Made by a program: the position numbers and the translations under genes | DNA from: an uncultured Lachnospiraceae bacterium | GTDB taxonomy: Bacteria; Bacillota; Clostridia; Lachnospirales; Lachnospiraceae | Assembly: GCA_910577785.1 (NCBI GenBank) | Contig: CAJTNT010000023.1 | Location: 4,074 to 68,073, forward strand | Length of the DNA stretch: 64,000 nt | Reading direction: 5' to 3' | The notes under the pieces: model-generated | Database searches by the model: none | What the model was told of the DNA's origin: nothing | The model's input: the letters and a program-made list of their open reading frames with translations, nothing else | Part shown: positions 45,420 through 54,792 of the stretch, in pieces | Position numbering within the stretch: the first letter of the stretch is position 1 | Layout of the letters: every line of letters begins with the position of its first letter

Positions 45420-45735
45420 AATTTCCTCCGTTTCTGTGTGGATACATATTAATTTTGCATCTTATAGTGTAACGCAGATTCTAAATTTCGTAAAGAGATA
45501 TTGACTATAATGAAAAAATCTTTATAATGGAAGGAGGCAGCGAGGCTGTCTTTGGATAGGGTAGGAAGCGCGTACATTATTGAGAAGAAAGGCATACAAA
45601 GATTAAAGGAACATGGAAAACTAAGGATGCTTATCGACACATTTTGCGGAAATTTGCAAATATCTGGTAGTATCCTTTAAGAAAAATTTACACTTCATCG
45701 ATGTGCCGTCGATATACGAAAGGGGACTAATACTC

Positions 45736-46365
45736 ATGGCAGATAAAATATTTGAAAACAATCAGGTTACAATTACAGGCGAAATCGTTTCAGAATTTCA
45801 GTACAGCCACGAAGTTTTTGGGGAAGGGTTTTATATGGTAGAGGTATCCGTAAACCGCCTCAGTAATTTTGCGGACACGATCCCGATGATGGTTTCAGAG
45901 CGTCTGATTGATACCCAGCAGAGCTACATTGGCCGCTATATCCGGGTAGACGGGCAGTTCCGTTCCTACAACAGGCATGAAGAAAAGCGAAACCGCCTGG
46001 TGCTTTCTGTATTTGTAAGAGAGCTAGAATTTGTAGATGAGGTTCCCGAAGGGGATAAGAGCAATCAGATTTTCCTGGATGGCTATATCTGCAAAGAGCC
46101 GATATACCGCAAGACGCCTCTGGGAAGGGAGATTGCGGATTTGCTGATTGCCGTGAACCGATCTTATGGGAAATCCGATTACATACCATGCATTTGCTGG
46201 GGAAGGAATGCCAGATATGCCTCAGGCTTTGAGGTTGGCGGGCATGTGCAGGTAAATGGCAGGATTCAGAGCAGGGAATATGTGAAAAAGCTTTCAGAGA
46301 CAGAAGTAGAGCATAGAGTGGCTTATGAAGTGTCTGTCAGCAAGATAGAGTACCTGGAACAGTAA
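45736..46365 (+). CDS. SSB-like protein with two tandem OB folds
   Basis: I set the start at ATG 45736 (AAAGGGGA upstream), giving 209 aa. Two internally similar halves (NNQVTITGEIVSEF...VDGQFRSYN and NQIFLDGYICKEP...VNGRIQSREY) resemble the Clostridial proteins usually annotated as single-stranded DNA-binding protein. Confidence 0.6.
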   Translation: MADKIFENNQVTITGEIVSEFQYSHEVFGEGFYMVEVSVNRLSNFADTIPMMVSERLIDTQQSYIGRYIRVDGQFRSYNRHEEKRNRLVLSVFVRELEFVDEVPEGDKSNQIFLDGYICKEPIYRKTPLGREIADLLIAVNRSYGKSDYIPCICWGRNARYASGFEVGGHVQVNGRIQSREYVKKLSETEVEHRVAYEVSVSKIEYLEQ

Positions 46366-46390
46366 CCATTACCCATAATCTAACGCCTTT

Positions 46391-47911
46391 TTGCAAGCGC
46401 GTACAGCTCTGACGCTTAAAAAAAAAATTAATAAAAAAACCTCCCATTTTATGGGAAGATGCGCGATAATAGAAGTAACCAAACAACTATTTTTTCGCAC
46501 CACCATAAAAGAGAGGAGGTTTTACTATGAAGCAAGAATAAAAATCAGAAGAAAAGAGGTTAGGGAACACCTGGAACAGTTGAACCTTGCATGTGAATTA
46601 GCCAAGCTAATCCGGCATTTTTTCCCAGATCTTTTACCCCTGTTAAAACAGATTCCAGATCCCAGAAACCAGAGCTATATTACCTATCCTGCTGTGTTAC
46701 TTCTTATGACCCGTATCCTTTCTTCTCTATTTTACATCAGCAGTATGAGGAAAACAAGTGAAGAATTCAATTCCAGTGAAATGATCAAAAACATCTGGCA
46801 TCTATCCGGGGAGGAACAGACCGTGGAGGAGCTTCCCTACTGGGAAACCATCAACCGGTATCTGGAAAAAGTAGATCCGGAAAAATTGCAGGACATCTTA
46901 AACCGCCTTTGCAGCAGGCTTCTTTGCAGCCGGGCTTTTGAAAATATGCGAATCAGGGGCAGGTACTGGCAGGTGATCATAGATGGAACGCAGCTTTGCA
47001 GCAGCCGGAGGGAACTGGATGGGAAAAGCCTGCACCGGACCCATAACAAGGGGACGGAAAAAGAGTATCAGGAGAACTATTATTATGTGCTGGAAGCAAA
47101 GCTGGTACTGCATCCGAAAATCCTGATCAGTATTCAGACGGAATTTGTGGATAATGAAGAGGGAAAAGAAATGGAGAAACAGGACTGTGAAAGGAAGGCC
47201 TGCTGGCGTTTAATGGAAAAGCTGAAAAAAGCGTTTCCAAGGCTGCCGATCTGCCTGTGCGGGGACAGTCTGTATGCCTGTGAAGGTTTCTTTGAGAGAT
47301 GCAAAGGAAAAAACTGGCGGTATATCCTGCGGTATAAGGAGGGGAGCATCCCGGGCATTGGGGAAGAATACAGAGAACTGAAAGAAATGGAGAAGAATTA
47401 CCAGGAGCGCGAAACACAGACTGGGAAGGAATGGTATGATTACGTGACAGATATAGATTATAAAGGACATCAGGTAAATCTGGCAGAGTATGGAGAAAGC
47501 GGGGAGCATATCTGCAAAAAGGGCAGGAAAAAGGGAAAAGCAGAAACGATCCGGAAAGAATTCTGGTTTCTCACAGATCTGCCAATCACCAGAAAAAATG
47601 TGGCAGGACTGGTGGAGCGCGGAAGGATGAGATGGAGAATCGAGAATGATGGGTTCAACGCGCAGAAAAGGCAGGGATACCATCTGGAACACCAGTACAG
47701 CAGGAATTATCAGGCACTGAAAAACCATTATTATCTGATCCAGATTGGGCACATGATCAGCCAGATCATGGAGGCTTGGGAAAAAATATGGAAAAAGGTA
47801 AAGCAGAGTAGGGAGCAAAAGCACAGGAGGATACTGGAATCCATGAAAGAGACTCCATTGAGAGAATACAAGGAAGAGATCGCTAAAAAGATACAAATAC
47901 GGTTGATATAG
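46391..47911 (+). CDS. DDE transposase (IS4-superfamily-like); true start codon uncertain
   Basis: An N-terminal IPDPRNQSYITYPAVLLL motif resembles the DPR motif of ISAs1/IS4-related transposases. Candidate catalytic residues are VIIDGTQL, LCGDSLYA and RMRWRIENDGFNAQK. The track start (TTG 46391) lies outside IR-L. The only strong RBS+ATG (46527) is out of frame with the long ORF. Confidence 0.75.
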   Translation: MQARTALTLKKKINKKTSHFMGRCAIIEVTKQLFFRTTIKERRFYYEARIKIRRKEVREHLEQLNLACELAKLIRHFFPDLLPLLKQIPDPRNQSYITYPAVLLLMTRILSSLFYISSMRKTSEEFNSSEMIKNIWHLSGEEQTVEELPYWETINRYLEKVDPEKLQDILNRLCSRLLCSRAFENMRIRGRYWQVIIDGTQLCSSRRELDGKSLHRTHNKGTEKEYQENYYYVLEAKLVLHPKILISIQTEFVDNEEGKEMEKQDCERKACWRLMEKLKKAFPRLPICLCGDSLYACEGFFERCKGKNWRYILRYKEGSIPGIGEEYRELKEMEKNYQERETQTGKEWYDYVTDIDYKGHQVNLAEYGESGEHICKKGRKKGKAETIRKEFWFLTDLPITRKNVAGLVERGRMRWRIENDGFNAQKRQGYHLEHQYSRNYQALKNHYYLIQIGHMISQIMEAWEKIWKKVKQSREQKHRRILESMKETPLREYKEEIAKKIQIRLI

Positions 47912-48075
47912 AGGACCATATGGAAAGGTGGTGAAGGAGCAGATAACAACAAAAGTTAAAAAAGCAGAATACAGGGATTTTATGGCTTAAATAAGATTGC
48001 GTTGATAAAGCAAAATGAGAAAATAAAATCCAATGTACTCTGAGAGTGTAAGTATAAATTTAAGCGTCAGAGCTG
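46404..48075 (+). mobile_element. insertion sequence, 1672 bp, 17-bp terminal inverted repeats, single DDE transposase
   Basis: IR-L CAGCTCTGACGCTTAAA (46404-46420) is the exact reverse complement of IR-R TTTAAGCGTCAGAGCTG (48059-48075). I could not identify an unambiguous target-site duplication. Confidence 0.8.
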
Positions 48076-48186
48076 GGGTAGGAATTACAAGCTTGTATCT
48101 GGTGAATAAATCTGTTATAATTATTTCATGAGAGACATTGAGAAAACGGTGGAGTTTAGGAATATGAAAATGGACGGGAGGAGAAC

Positions 48187-49110
48187 ATGGACAAGGAAAG
48201 AGAGGATTATGCAGCGGACATTGAGGCGGTGATCACGAGCTTCAATCAGGGTTCGATGATTTTAGAGGCCGTGGAATCCATATGCGCCCAGACTTTATTG
48301 CCGCAAAAAATTATCATTGTGGACGATGGCTCTACGGAGGAAGGTTCCCTGCATGTATTAAAGGATATGGAAAAGAAGCCAGATTTTCCGGTACCAGTCA
48401 TGATACATTACCAGGAAAATGGCGGGGTATCTGCGGCGAGAAATGCAGGCATCCACATGGCGCAGGCGCCGTTGGTGCTGGTATTGGATGGGGACGACCG
48501 GCTGGAGCCGGAATATATGCAGTGTGTAAGCCAGCTGCTTCGCGACAATCCATCGATGGCCGCCGCTTCTTCCTGGATGCATACCTTTGGGGTATTGGAT
48601 TCCGTTATCTGCCCGGCCGGAGGGGGGATAAGCGCCTTTTTATCCCGTAACTGCTGCCCGGCAACCCATATGCTCCGCCGGGAGATATTTGAGCAATGTG
48701 GGGGCTATGACGAATCCATGCGTTCTGGTTTTGAAGATTGGGATTTCTTTTTAAGCATACTGGAATCTTCTGCGGGATCATGGATTGGAATCGTTGAGAA
48801 ACCACTGATCCAGTACCGTACAGTGCCTGCTTCCTCGAATGTAAGAAGCATGGAGAAGCGGCTGGAGCTGATGCGGGGGATCATCGAAAAGCATAGTGAC
48901 AGCTACCATCAGCATATGGCGGACGCGCTATTGGGAATCGAGGAAATTTCAGATGCAAGGTTATGCCAGTGGGAAAATGAGGTGGTGCATGCGGTAACGA
49001 ACCATCAGGAATTAAGCGGATCTTCCAAGGATTTTTTGCAAAGCCCGACCTATGGCGACGGCGGGATGGCCTCAGCAGTGCGGATTGCATCCATAAGAAG
49101 TAGGAAATGA
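48187..49110 (+). CDS. family 2 glycosyltransferase
   Basis: 307 aa with VITSFNQGSMILEAVESICAQT, IIIVDDGSTE, VLDGDD and EDWDFF. Confidence 0.85.
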   Translation: MDKEREDYAADIEAVITSFNQGSMILEAVESICAQTLLPQKIIIVDDGSTEEGSLHVLKDMEKKPDFPVPVMIHYQENGGVSAARNAGIHMAQAPLVLVLDGDDRLEPEYMQCVSQLLRDNPSMAAASSWMHTFGVLDSVICPAGGGISAFLSRNCCPATHMLRREIFEQCGGYDESMRSGFEDWDFFLSILESSAGSWIGIVEKPLIQYRTVPASSNVRSMEKRLELMRGIIEKHSDSYHQHMADALLGIEEISDARLCQWENEVVHAVTNHQELSGSSKDFLQSPTYGDGGMASAVRIASIRSRK

Positions 49111-49205
49111 TGGTTAGAATATAACACCAAAACGCATAAAATATCAGGCATGCGCCCCTGTTTTCGGATAGAATAAAGGACACAGAAAAGACAGGAGGGA
49201 TTGCA

Positions 49206-50084
49206 ATGGAATGGGTAACGGGAATCCAGCGGGCGATTGACTATGTGGAAGCTCATCTGGCGGAGGAAATTGATTATGAGGCCGTGGCGAAGGAGGCCTG
49301 TTCGTCTGTCTTTCACTTCCAGAGGGTATTCGGCATTATGTGCGGCTTTTCCCTGGGGGATTATATCCGTATGCGGCGCCTTTCCCAGGCCGCCGCAGAG
49401 CTGCTCCAGACAGGCAGCAGGGTTATAGATGTTGCGCTGAAATACGGCTATGAGACCCCGGAAGGCTTTACCCGCGCGTTTGCCCGTTTCCATGGAATCA
49501 CGCCCACCGAGGCCAGGCGGAGCGGCAATGTAAAATCCTTTTCCCGGCTTTCTGTAAAACTTATTTTAACAGGAGGTAGCATTATGGACTACAGGATTGA
49601 GAGTTTGGATGCTTTTTCGGTTCTCTGCAGGCGCAGGAATGTGAAAAAAATGGAAGGAGGAGGGGCAACAGAGGAAATTTCCGCATTTTGGACAGAGTGT
49701 GCGGCAGACGGCTCGACACAGGAAATCCTCCGTAATTTCCCACAGGAACCCAGGCTTAAGGGGTTGCTGGGCATATGCTTTTCCGAAGAGATGAAGGCGT
49801 CAGAGTTTCCATATGGCATTGGCGTAGAGTATGACGGCAGGCCGGTCGGGCGGGAAGGCCTGGAAATTGTAGAAATTCCTGCCAACACGTATGCGGTATT
49901 CACCTGCCGGGGCAAAATGCCAGAGGCTTTTGTCGAAACGTACCACAAGATTGTATCGGAGTTCTTTCCCCAGAACGGCAGGTACGAGTATGGGCAGGGG
50001 ATTGAGCTGGAGGTATATCCGTCCGACCAGGTCAGCGACCCCAATTATACTTGTGAGATTTGGGTGGCGGTGAAAGAGAAATAG
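49206..50084 (+). CDS. AraC-family regulator with GyrI-like effector-binding domain
   Basis: 292 aa. The N-terminal HTH pair (ACSSVFHFQRVFGIMCGFSLGDYIRMRRL, ALKYGYETPEGFTRAFARFHG) is followed by a C-terminal SOUL/GyrI-like domain. Confidence 0.85.
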   Translation: MEWVTGIQRAIDYVEAHLAEEIDYEAVAKEACSSVFHFQRVFGIMCGFSLGDYIRMRRLSQAAAELLQTGSRVIDVALKYGYETPEGFTRAFARFHGITPTEARRSGNVKSFSRLSVKLILTGGSIMDYRIESLDAFSVLCRRRNVKKMEGGGATEEISAFWTECAADGSTQEILRNFPQEPRLKGLLGICFSEEMKASEFPYGIGVEYDGRPVGREGLEIVEIPANTYAVFTCRGKMPEAFVETYHKIVSEFFPQNGRYEYGQGIELEVYPSDQVSDPNYTCEIWVAVKEK

Positions 50085-50093
50085 AAATAGTAG

Positions 50094-50200
50094 TTAGGAG
50101 CTGTAGGAAAATAACGGATGTAACTTGTGCAGGATATTTTTCTATAGCTCCTTAGGAGCTGTCCAGAAATAACTTGTGAATCGTGCGCAGGATTTTTCTT
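50094..50200. repeat. two imperfect tandem copies (~50 nt each) of an intergenic motif
   Basis: TTAGGAGCTGTAGGAAAATAAC...TTGTGCAGGATATTTTTCT (50094-50143) is matched by TTAGGAGCTGTCCAGAAATAAC...CGTGCGCAGGATTTTTCTT (50152-50200). Confidence 0.6.
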
Positions 50201-50378
50201 CGAGAGTTACACAATCGTCACCTCTAGATTCGTTGACAGTAAAAGGCACATCGTATATCATAGAAGCAAGAAGCCATCCTAGATAGCATAAAGTGCAGGG
50301 GATGCGGGGATAGATATTACGAGGTAAGCCATCCTGTGAGGATAATGGGAGGCTATCAGCACAAGGGAGGTGGCGCGG

Positions 50379-51053
50379 ATGATATTTTGCGTGGAAGATG
50401 ACGAGGGGATCCGTAACCTGATGATATATGCCTTGGCTTCCGCGGGCTTTGAGGCCAAAGGGTTTGAGGAGGGCGGCGGGTTTTTGGAGGCGTTAAAGAG
50501 TGAGCGTCCAGAGCTGGTGCTTTTGGATATTATGCTGCCAGGGGAGGACGGCATTTCCCTTTTAAAAAAACTCCGCAGCCACAGGCAGACGGCAGATATC
50601 CCTGTAATTATGGCGACTGCCAAAGGGACAGAATACGATAAGGTGCTTGGCCTTGACCTGGGCGCAGATGATTATCTGGCAAAACCGTTTGGGATGATGG
50701 AGATGGTATCGCGTGTCAAAGCCGTGCTGCGCAGGATGGCGCCGCGGGATGGAGGCAAGCGCCTTTGTGTGGGGCAGGTGGAGATGGACGTGGCCGAGCA
50801 TATGGTATTTGTCTGCGGGAGCCGGATTGAGCTTACGCTGAAGGAATATGAATTATTGCATTTATTTATGGCTCATCCGGGAATGGCTTTTACGCGTGAC
50901 CAGCTTCTGGGGCAGATTTGGGATACGGCGTACGTTGGCGAGACAAGGACAGTGGACGTCCATATCGGCACGCTCCGCACAAAGCTGGGCAGTTCTGGGG
51001 AATTGATAAAGACAGTCCGCGGCGTTGGCTATCGGATGGAGGGCAAGGCATGA
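50379..51053 (+). CDS. OmpR/PhoB-family response regulator (PhoP-like)
   Basis: I set the start at ATG 50379 (AAGGGAGG upstream). Motifs: IFCVEDDEGI, LLDIMLPGEDG, YLAKPF, RTVDVHIGTLRTKL, VRGVGYRM. Confidence 0.9.
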   Translation: MIFCVEDDEGIRNLMIYALASAGFEAKGFEEGGGFLEALKSERPELVLLDIMLPGEDGISLLKKLRSHRQTADIPVIMATAKGTEYDKVLGLDLGADDYLAKPFGMMEMVSRVKAVLRRMAPRDGGKRLCVGQVEMDVAEHMVFVCGSRIELTLKEYELLHLFMAHPGMAFTRDQLLGQIWDTAYVGETRTVDVHIGTLRTKLGSSGELIKTVRGVGYRMEGKA

Positions 51054-52711
51054 CAAAGCGAATTTTCCACACCATTTTTCGTGTGGCAATGGGCGTATTC
51101 CTTATTTCCCTGGTGCTGTTTCTGACCGTCCTCTATGATTATTTTTCCGGCGTCCAGCAGGAACAGCTGCGTGTCCAGGCTGACCTTGCGGCTCAGGGCG
51201 TACAGGATGAGGGGATAAAATATTTAGAGGGGCTTACCGTCCAGGATTACCGCATCACATGGATTGGCACAGATGGCAGTATTTTATACGAGAGCTCCTC
51301 TGACGTAGGGGAAATGGAAAACCATTTCCAGCGGGAAGAGGTGAGAGAGGCGCTTGCTGAAGGCTATGGGCAGAGTTCGCGTTATTCCGATACCCTCACG
51401 GAACGTTATCTATATAGTGCAAAACGGCTGCCAGACGGGACAGTCATCCGGCTTTCGGCCGCGCAGTATTCCCTTCCGGTGCTGGCATTTGGCATGCTGC
51501 AGCCCATCGGTATTGTATTTTTGGCCGCCATCGCCCTGTCTGCACTTCTGGCTTCCCGCCTGTCGAAGAATATTGTAAGCCCCCTGAACAGGCTGGATTT
51601 GGACGATCCGCTGGAGAACAGCGGCTATGATGAGCTTTCGCCCCTGCTTTTGCGCATCAGTGCGCAGCAGAAAGAGATCAAACGGCAGAAAAGTGAGTTT
51701 AAAGTGCTGACGGCATCCATGGCGGAGGGGCTTGTCCTTTTAAATGCAGAAGGGACAGTCTTAAGCATCAACCATGCGGCGGAGAAGCTTTTTGAGGTTG
51801 GGTCTGCCTGCGTGGGCCAGGATCTTCTGGCGGTAACTGGGAACCAAGAGCTTGCAGGCCTTCTGCGTCAGGCAAAGGATGGCGTCCATGCAGAGGCGGT
51901 GATGGGGTTTGGCTTTGGGAAATATCAGGTGGAGGCCAGCCCTGTTTTTGCAGGCAGCACGGTGTCAGGGCTGGTGCTGCTGCTTTTGGATGTGACAGAG
52001 AAGGTCAAGGCGGAACAGATGCGCCGGGAATTTACGGCCAATGTCTCCCATGAGCTGAAGACGCCGCTCCACACCATTTCCGGCAGCGCCGAGCTGCTGG
52101 CGGGCGGGCTGGTCAAGCCGGAGGATACAGCCTCTTTTTCCCAGCAGATTTACAAGGAATCCCGGCGGATGATCCGGCTGGTGGAGGATATTATAAAGCT
52201 TTCCCATCTGGATGAGGGCGCTGGGGATATGAAATGGGAAGAGATAGATTTGTATCTGCTGGCAGAAGAAACGCTGCGGCTGCTTGCTGCGGAAGCGGGG
52301 AGGGCAGAAGTGGAACTGGCTCTGCGGGGGGAGGAAGCCTGCGTCTATGGGAACCGGCAGCTGCTGGAGAGCATTCTCTACAATCTCTGCGACAATGCCA
52401 TCAAATATAACCGTAAGGGCGGCACAGCCGTTGTGGAAGTCCGGCAGGAGGAAGGCTGCTGCGTGCTCTCTGTGGCGGACAGCGGCATCGGCATCCCCCA
52501 GGAACACCAGAAACGCATTTTTGAACGCTTTTACCGCGTGGACAAGAGCCATTCAAAGGCAATTGGGGGGACAGGGCTGGGGCTTTCGATTGTCAAGCAT
52601 GCGGTGATGCTGCACAAGGCAGAGCTTTCGCTCCAGAGCGAAATGGGCAAGGGGACAGTGGTTAGGGTTTTGTTTGGGAAAAAAGGAGATGCCCTTTTTT
52701 GCCGTTTGTGA
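51050..52711 (+). CDS. PhoR-like sensor histidine kinase
   Basis: I set the start at ATG 51050, overlapping the regulator stop (ATGA). Two TM helices, a PAS-like region, the H-box FTANVSHELKTPL, and the ATPase boxes NLCDNAIKYN, DSGIGIP and GTGLGLSIVK. Confidence 0.9.
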   Translation: MTKRIFHTIFRVAMGVFLISLVLFLTVLYDYFSGVQQEQLRVQADLAAQGVQDEGIKYLEGLTVQDYRITWIGTDGSILYESSSDVGEMENHFQREEVREALAEGYGQSSRYSDTLTERYLYSAKRLPDGTVIRLSAAQYSLPVLAFGMLQPIGIVFLAAIALSALLASRLSKNIVSPLNRLDLDDPLENSGYDELSPLLLRISAQQKEIKRQKSEFKVLTASMAEGLVLLNAEGTVLSINHAAEKLFEVGSACVGQDLLAVTGNQELAGLLRQAKDGVHAEAVMGFGFGKYQVEASPVFAGSTVSGLVLLLLDVTEKVKAEQMRREFTANVSHELKTPLHTISGSAELLAGGLVKPEDTASFSQQIYKESRRMIRLVEDIIKLSHLDEGAGDMKWEEIDLYLLAEETLRLLAAEAGRAEVELALRGEEACVYGNRQLLESILYNLCDNAIKYNRKGGTAVVEVRQEEGCCVLSVADSGIGIPQEHQKRIFERFYRVDKSHSKAIGGTGLGLSIVKHAVMLHKAELSLQSEMGKGTVVRVLFGKKGDALFCRL

Positions 52712-52943
52712 TAATCGTGTCAATCTTCTTTGGCGTAGCCAGTACATCGAACATAAAATAACACATAATTTTGTGTTCGGTCTATTAGCTGCGCTTCTTG
52801 CGTTTCTATGAAGTTTTAGTTTCCTAACAGTTGATTTTATTTCTTAAAGTATCGAGATGGTCGATTGAATGCTGCCCGCCCGTCTTGTTATAATAACATT
52901 GTAGACATACAAGTGGCCACTGAGAGAAAGTTAGGAGAAAATC

Positions 52944-54080
52944 ATGATGGATAAACTGAATTTATCGGAAAATATCATCCGCCTCCGGCATGAAAAGAAG
53001 CTGACACAGGAGGAATTGGCCGACTTTATGGGGGTGACCAAGGCGTCGGTATCCAAGTGGGAGAAAGGGATCCATATGCCGGATCTGATGCTTTTGCCCC
53101 AGCTGGCAACCTATTTTGACGTAACCGTAGACGAGCTGATTGGATATGAAGCCCAGCTTTCCGGCGAGCAGATCCGGCGTCAATATGCAGACCTGTCGCA
53201 AGATTTCGCAGCCCTTCCCTTTGCGGATGCATTGGAGAAGGCCAGGGCGCTAGCCCATAAATACTATGCCTGCTATCCGTTCCTGCTCCAGCTTAGCGTC
53301 CTGTACTGGAACCACTATATGCTGGCGGAGACGGAGGAGGAACGCAGATTGCTCCTGCAGGAAGCAGTGGGGTGGTGCGACCGAATTGTGGAAAATTGCA
53401 GTGATGTGGGTGTCTGCAGCGATGCTGTGGTGCTAAGGGCAGGGCTTCATCTCCAGCTTGGACAGGCGGCAGAGGCAATAGAAGCGCTGGAGCCTTCTGC
53501 GGATCCCAGCCGCCTTGCAGGACAGGACGGGGTTTTGCTGGTACAGGCATATCAGTTATCGGGTGATACGGAAAAGGCAAGGAGCTATGCGCAGGCGAAA
53601 TACTATGTGGATCTGATGAATTTGGTGGGCGACGCGATACTCTCCCTTTCCCTGAATGAAAATGATATCGGATATTGTGAGGAAACCATCCGGCGCATCA
53701 CGGGAATCCTGGAGCTGTATCATCTGGAAACGCTCCATCCGAATACGGCCGCACAGTTTTACTTCCAGTCTGCCATTGTTTATGCGGCCAACGGCAGGGA
53801 AGAGGAAGCGTTCGCGGCTCTTCATCGTTTTGAAAAGTGTGTGAATCGGCTTTTGGAGGCAGAGCATGCGCAGCTCCATGGAGATGAGTACTTCCATCGG
53901 CTGGATACGTGGATTGACTGTCTGCCCCTGGGAAGTATGGCGCCGCGGGATAAAAGTTTTATCCCGCAGAGCATGCGGGTATCTATGGCGCATCCTGCCT
54001 TTAGCGCTTTGAAGGAAAACATGGAATTCCAGAGGATTGTCCACAGATTAACGGAAGGAGCTAGTCATGTTAAAGATTGA
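52944..54080 (+). CDS. XRE-family HTH regulator with large TPR-like helical C-terminal domain (RRNPP-like architecture)
   Basis: 378 aa. The N-terminal HTH is LRHEKKLTQEELADFMGVTKASVSKWEKG. The remaining ~310 aa are helical-repeat-like. The 3' end overlaps the next gene by 14 nt. Confidence 0.8.
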   Translation: MMDKLNLSENIIRLRHEKKLTQEELADFMGVTKASVSKWEKGIHMPDLMLLPQLATYFDVTVDELIGYEAQLSGEQIRRQYADLSQDFAALPFADALEKARALAHKYYACYPFLLQLSVLYWNHYMLAETEEERRLLLQEAVGWCDRIVENCSDVGVCSDAVVLRAGLHLQLGQAAEAIEALEPSADPSRLAGQDGVLLVQAYQLSGDTEKARSYAQAKYYVDLMNLVGDAILSLSLNENDIGYCEETIRRITGILELYHLETLHPNTAAQFYFQSAIVYAANGREEEAFAALHRFEKCVNRLLEAEHAQLHGDEYFHRLDTWIDCLPLGSMAPRDKSFIPQSMRVSMAHPAFSALKENMEFQRIVHRLTEGASHVKD

Positions 54081-54792
54081 GCATTTAACGAAGCATTATA
54101 AAGGAAGCGGCAAGGGAGTTACTGACCTGAGCCTGCACATTGCGCCAGGGGATATTTACGCCTTTATCGGCCACAACGGTGCAGGAAAGACTACCACCTT
54201 AAAATGTGTGGCCGGCATTCAGGATTTTGATGCCGGTACGATACAGATTGGCGGGAAGGATATACGCAAGGATCCTCTTGCCTGTAAGCGCCAGTTTGCC
54301 TACATCCCGGACAACCCGGATTTATATGAGTACTTAACGGGCATTCAGTATCTGAATTTTACGGCTGATATATTCGGCGTTGGCGCAAGGGAAAGGGAAG
54401 AAAGAATCAGAACGTATGGGGAGGCATTTGAAATCACGGCCTCCTTGGGGGATCTTATCTCCACCTATTCCCACGGAATGAAGCAGAAGCTGGCGCTGCT
54501 ATCCGCTTTTGTGCATCAGCCCAAACTCTTGCTTTTAGATGAGCCCTTCGTGGGGCTTGACCCGAAAGCGGCTGTGGTTCTCAAGGACATTATGCACAGT
54601 ATCTGTGCAGGGGGCGGCGCCATTTTCTTTTCCACCCATGTGCTGGATGTGGCGGAGAAGCTGTGCAATAAAGTGGCAATGATCAAGGATGGGGCGCTGG
54701 TTGCTTGCGGCGATATGGAAACCGTTGTGAAGCAGGGGCAGTCGTTGGAATCTATTTTTATGGAGGTGGTGGAACATGCTGACACAGATTAA
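54067..54792 (+). CDS. ABC transporter ATP-binding protein
   Basis: 241 aa with Walker A GHNGAGKTT, signature-like YSHGMKQK and Walker B LLLLDEPFVGLD. Confidence 0.92.
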   Translation: MLKIEHLTKHYKGSGKGVTDLSLHIAPGDIYAFIGHNGAGKTTTLKCVAGIQDFDAGTIQIGGKDIRKDPLACKRQFAYIPDNPDLYEYLTGIQYLNFTADIFGVGAREREERIRTYGEAFEITASLGDLISTYSHGMKQKLALLSAFVHQPKLLLLDEPFVGLDPKAAVVLKDIMHSICAGGGAIFFSTHVLDVAEKLCNKVAMIKDGALVACGDMETVVKQGQSLESIFMEVVEHADTD

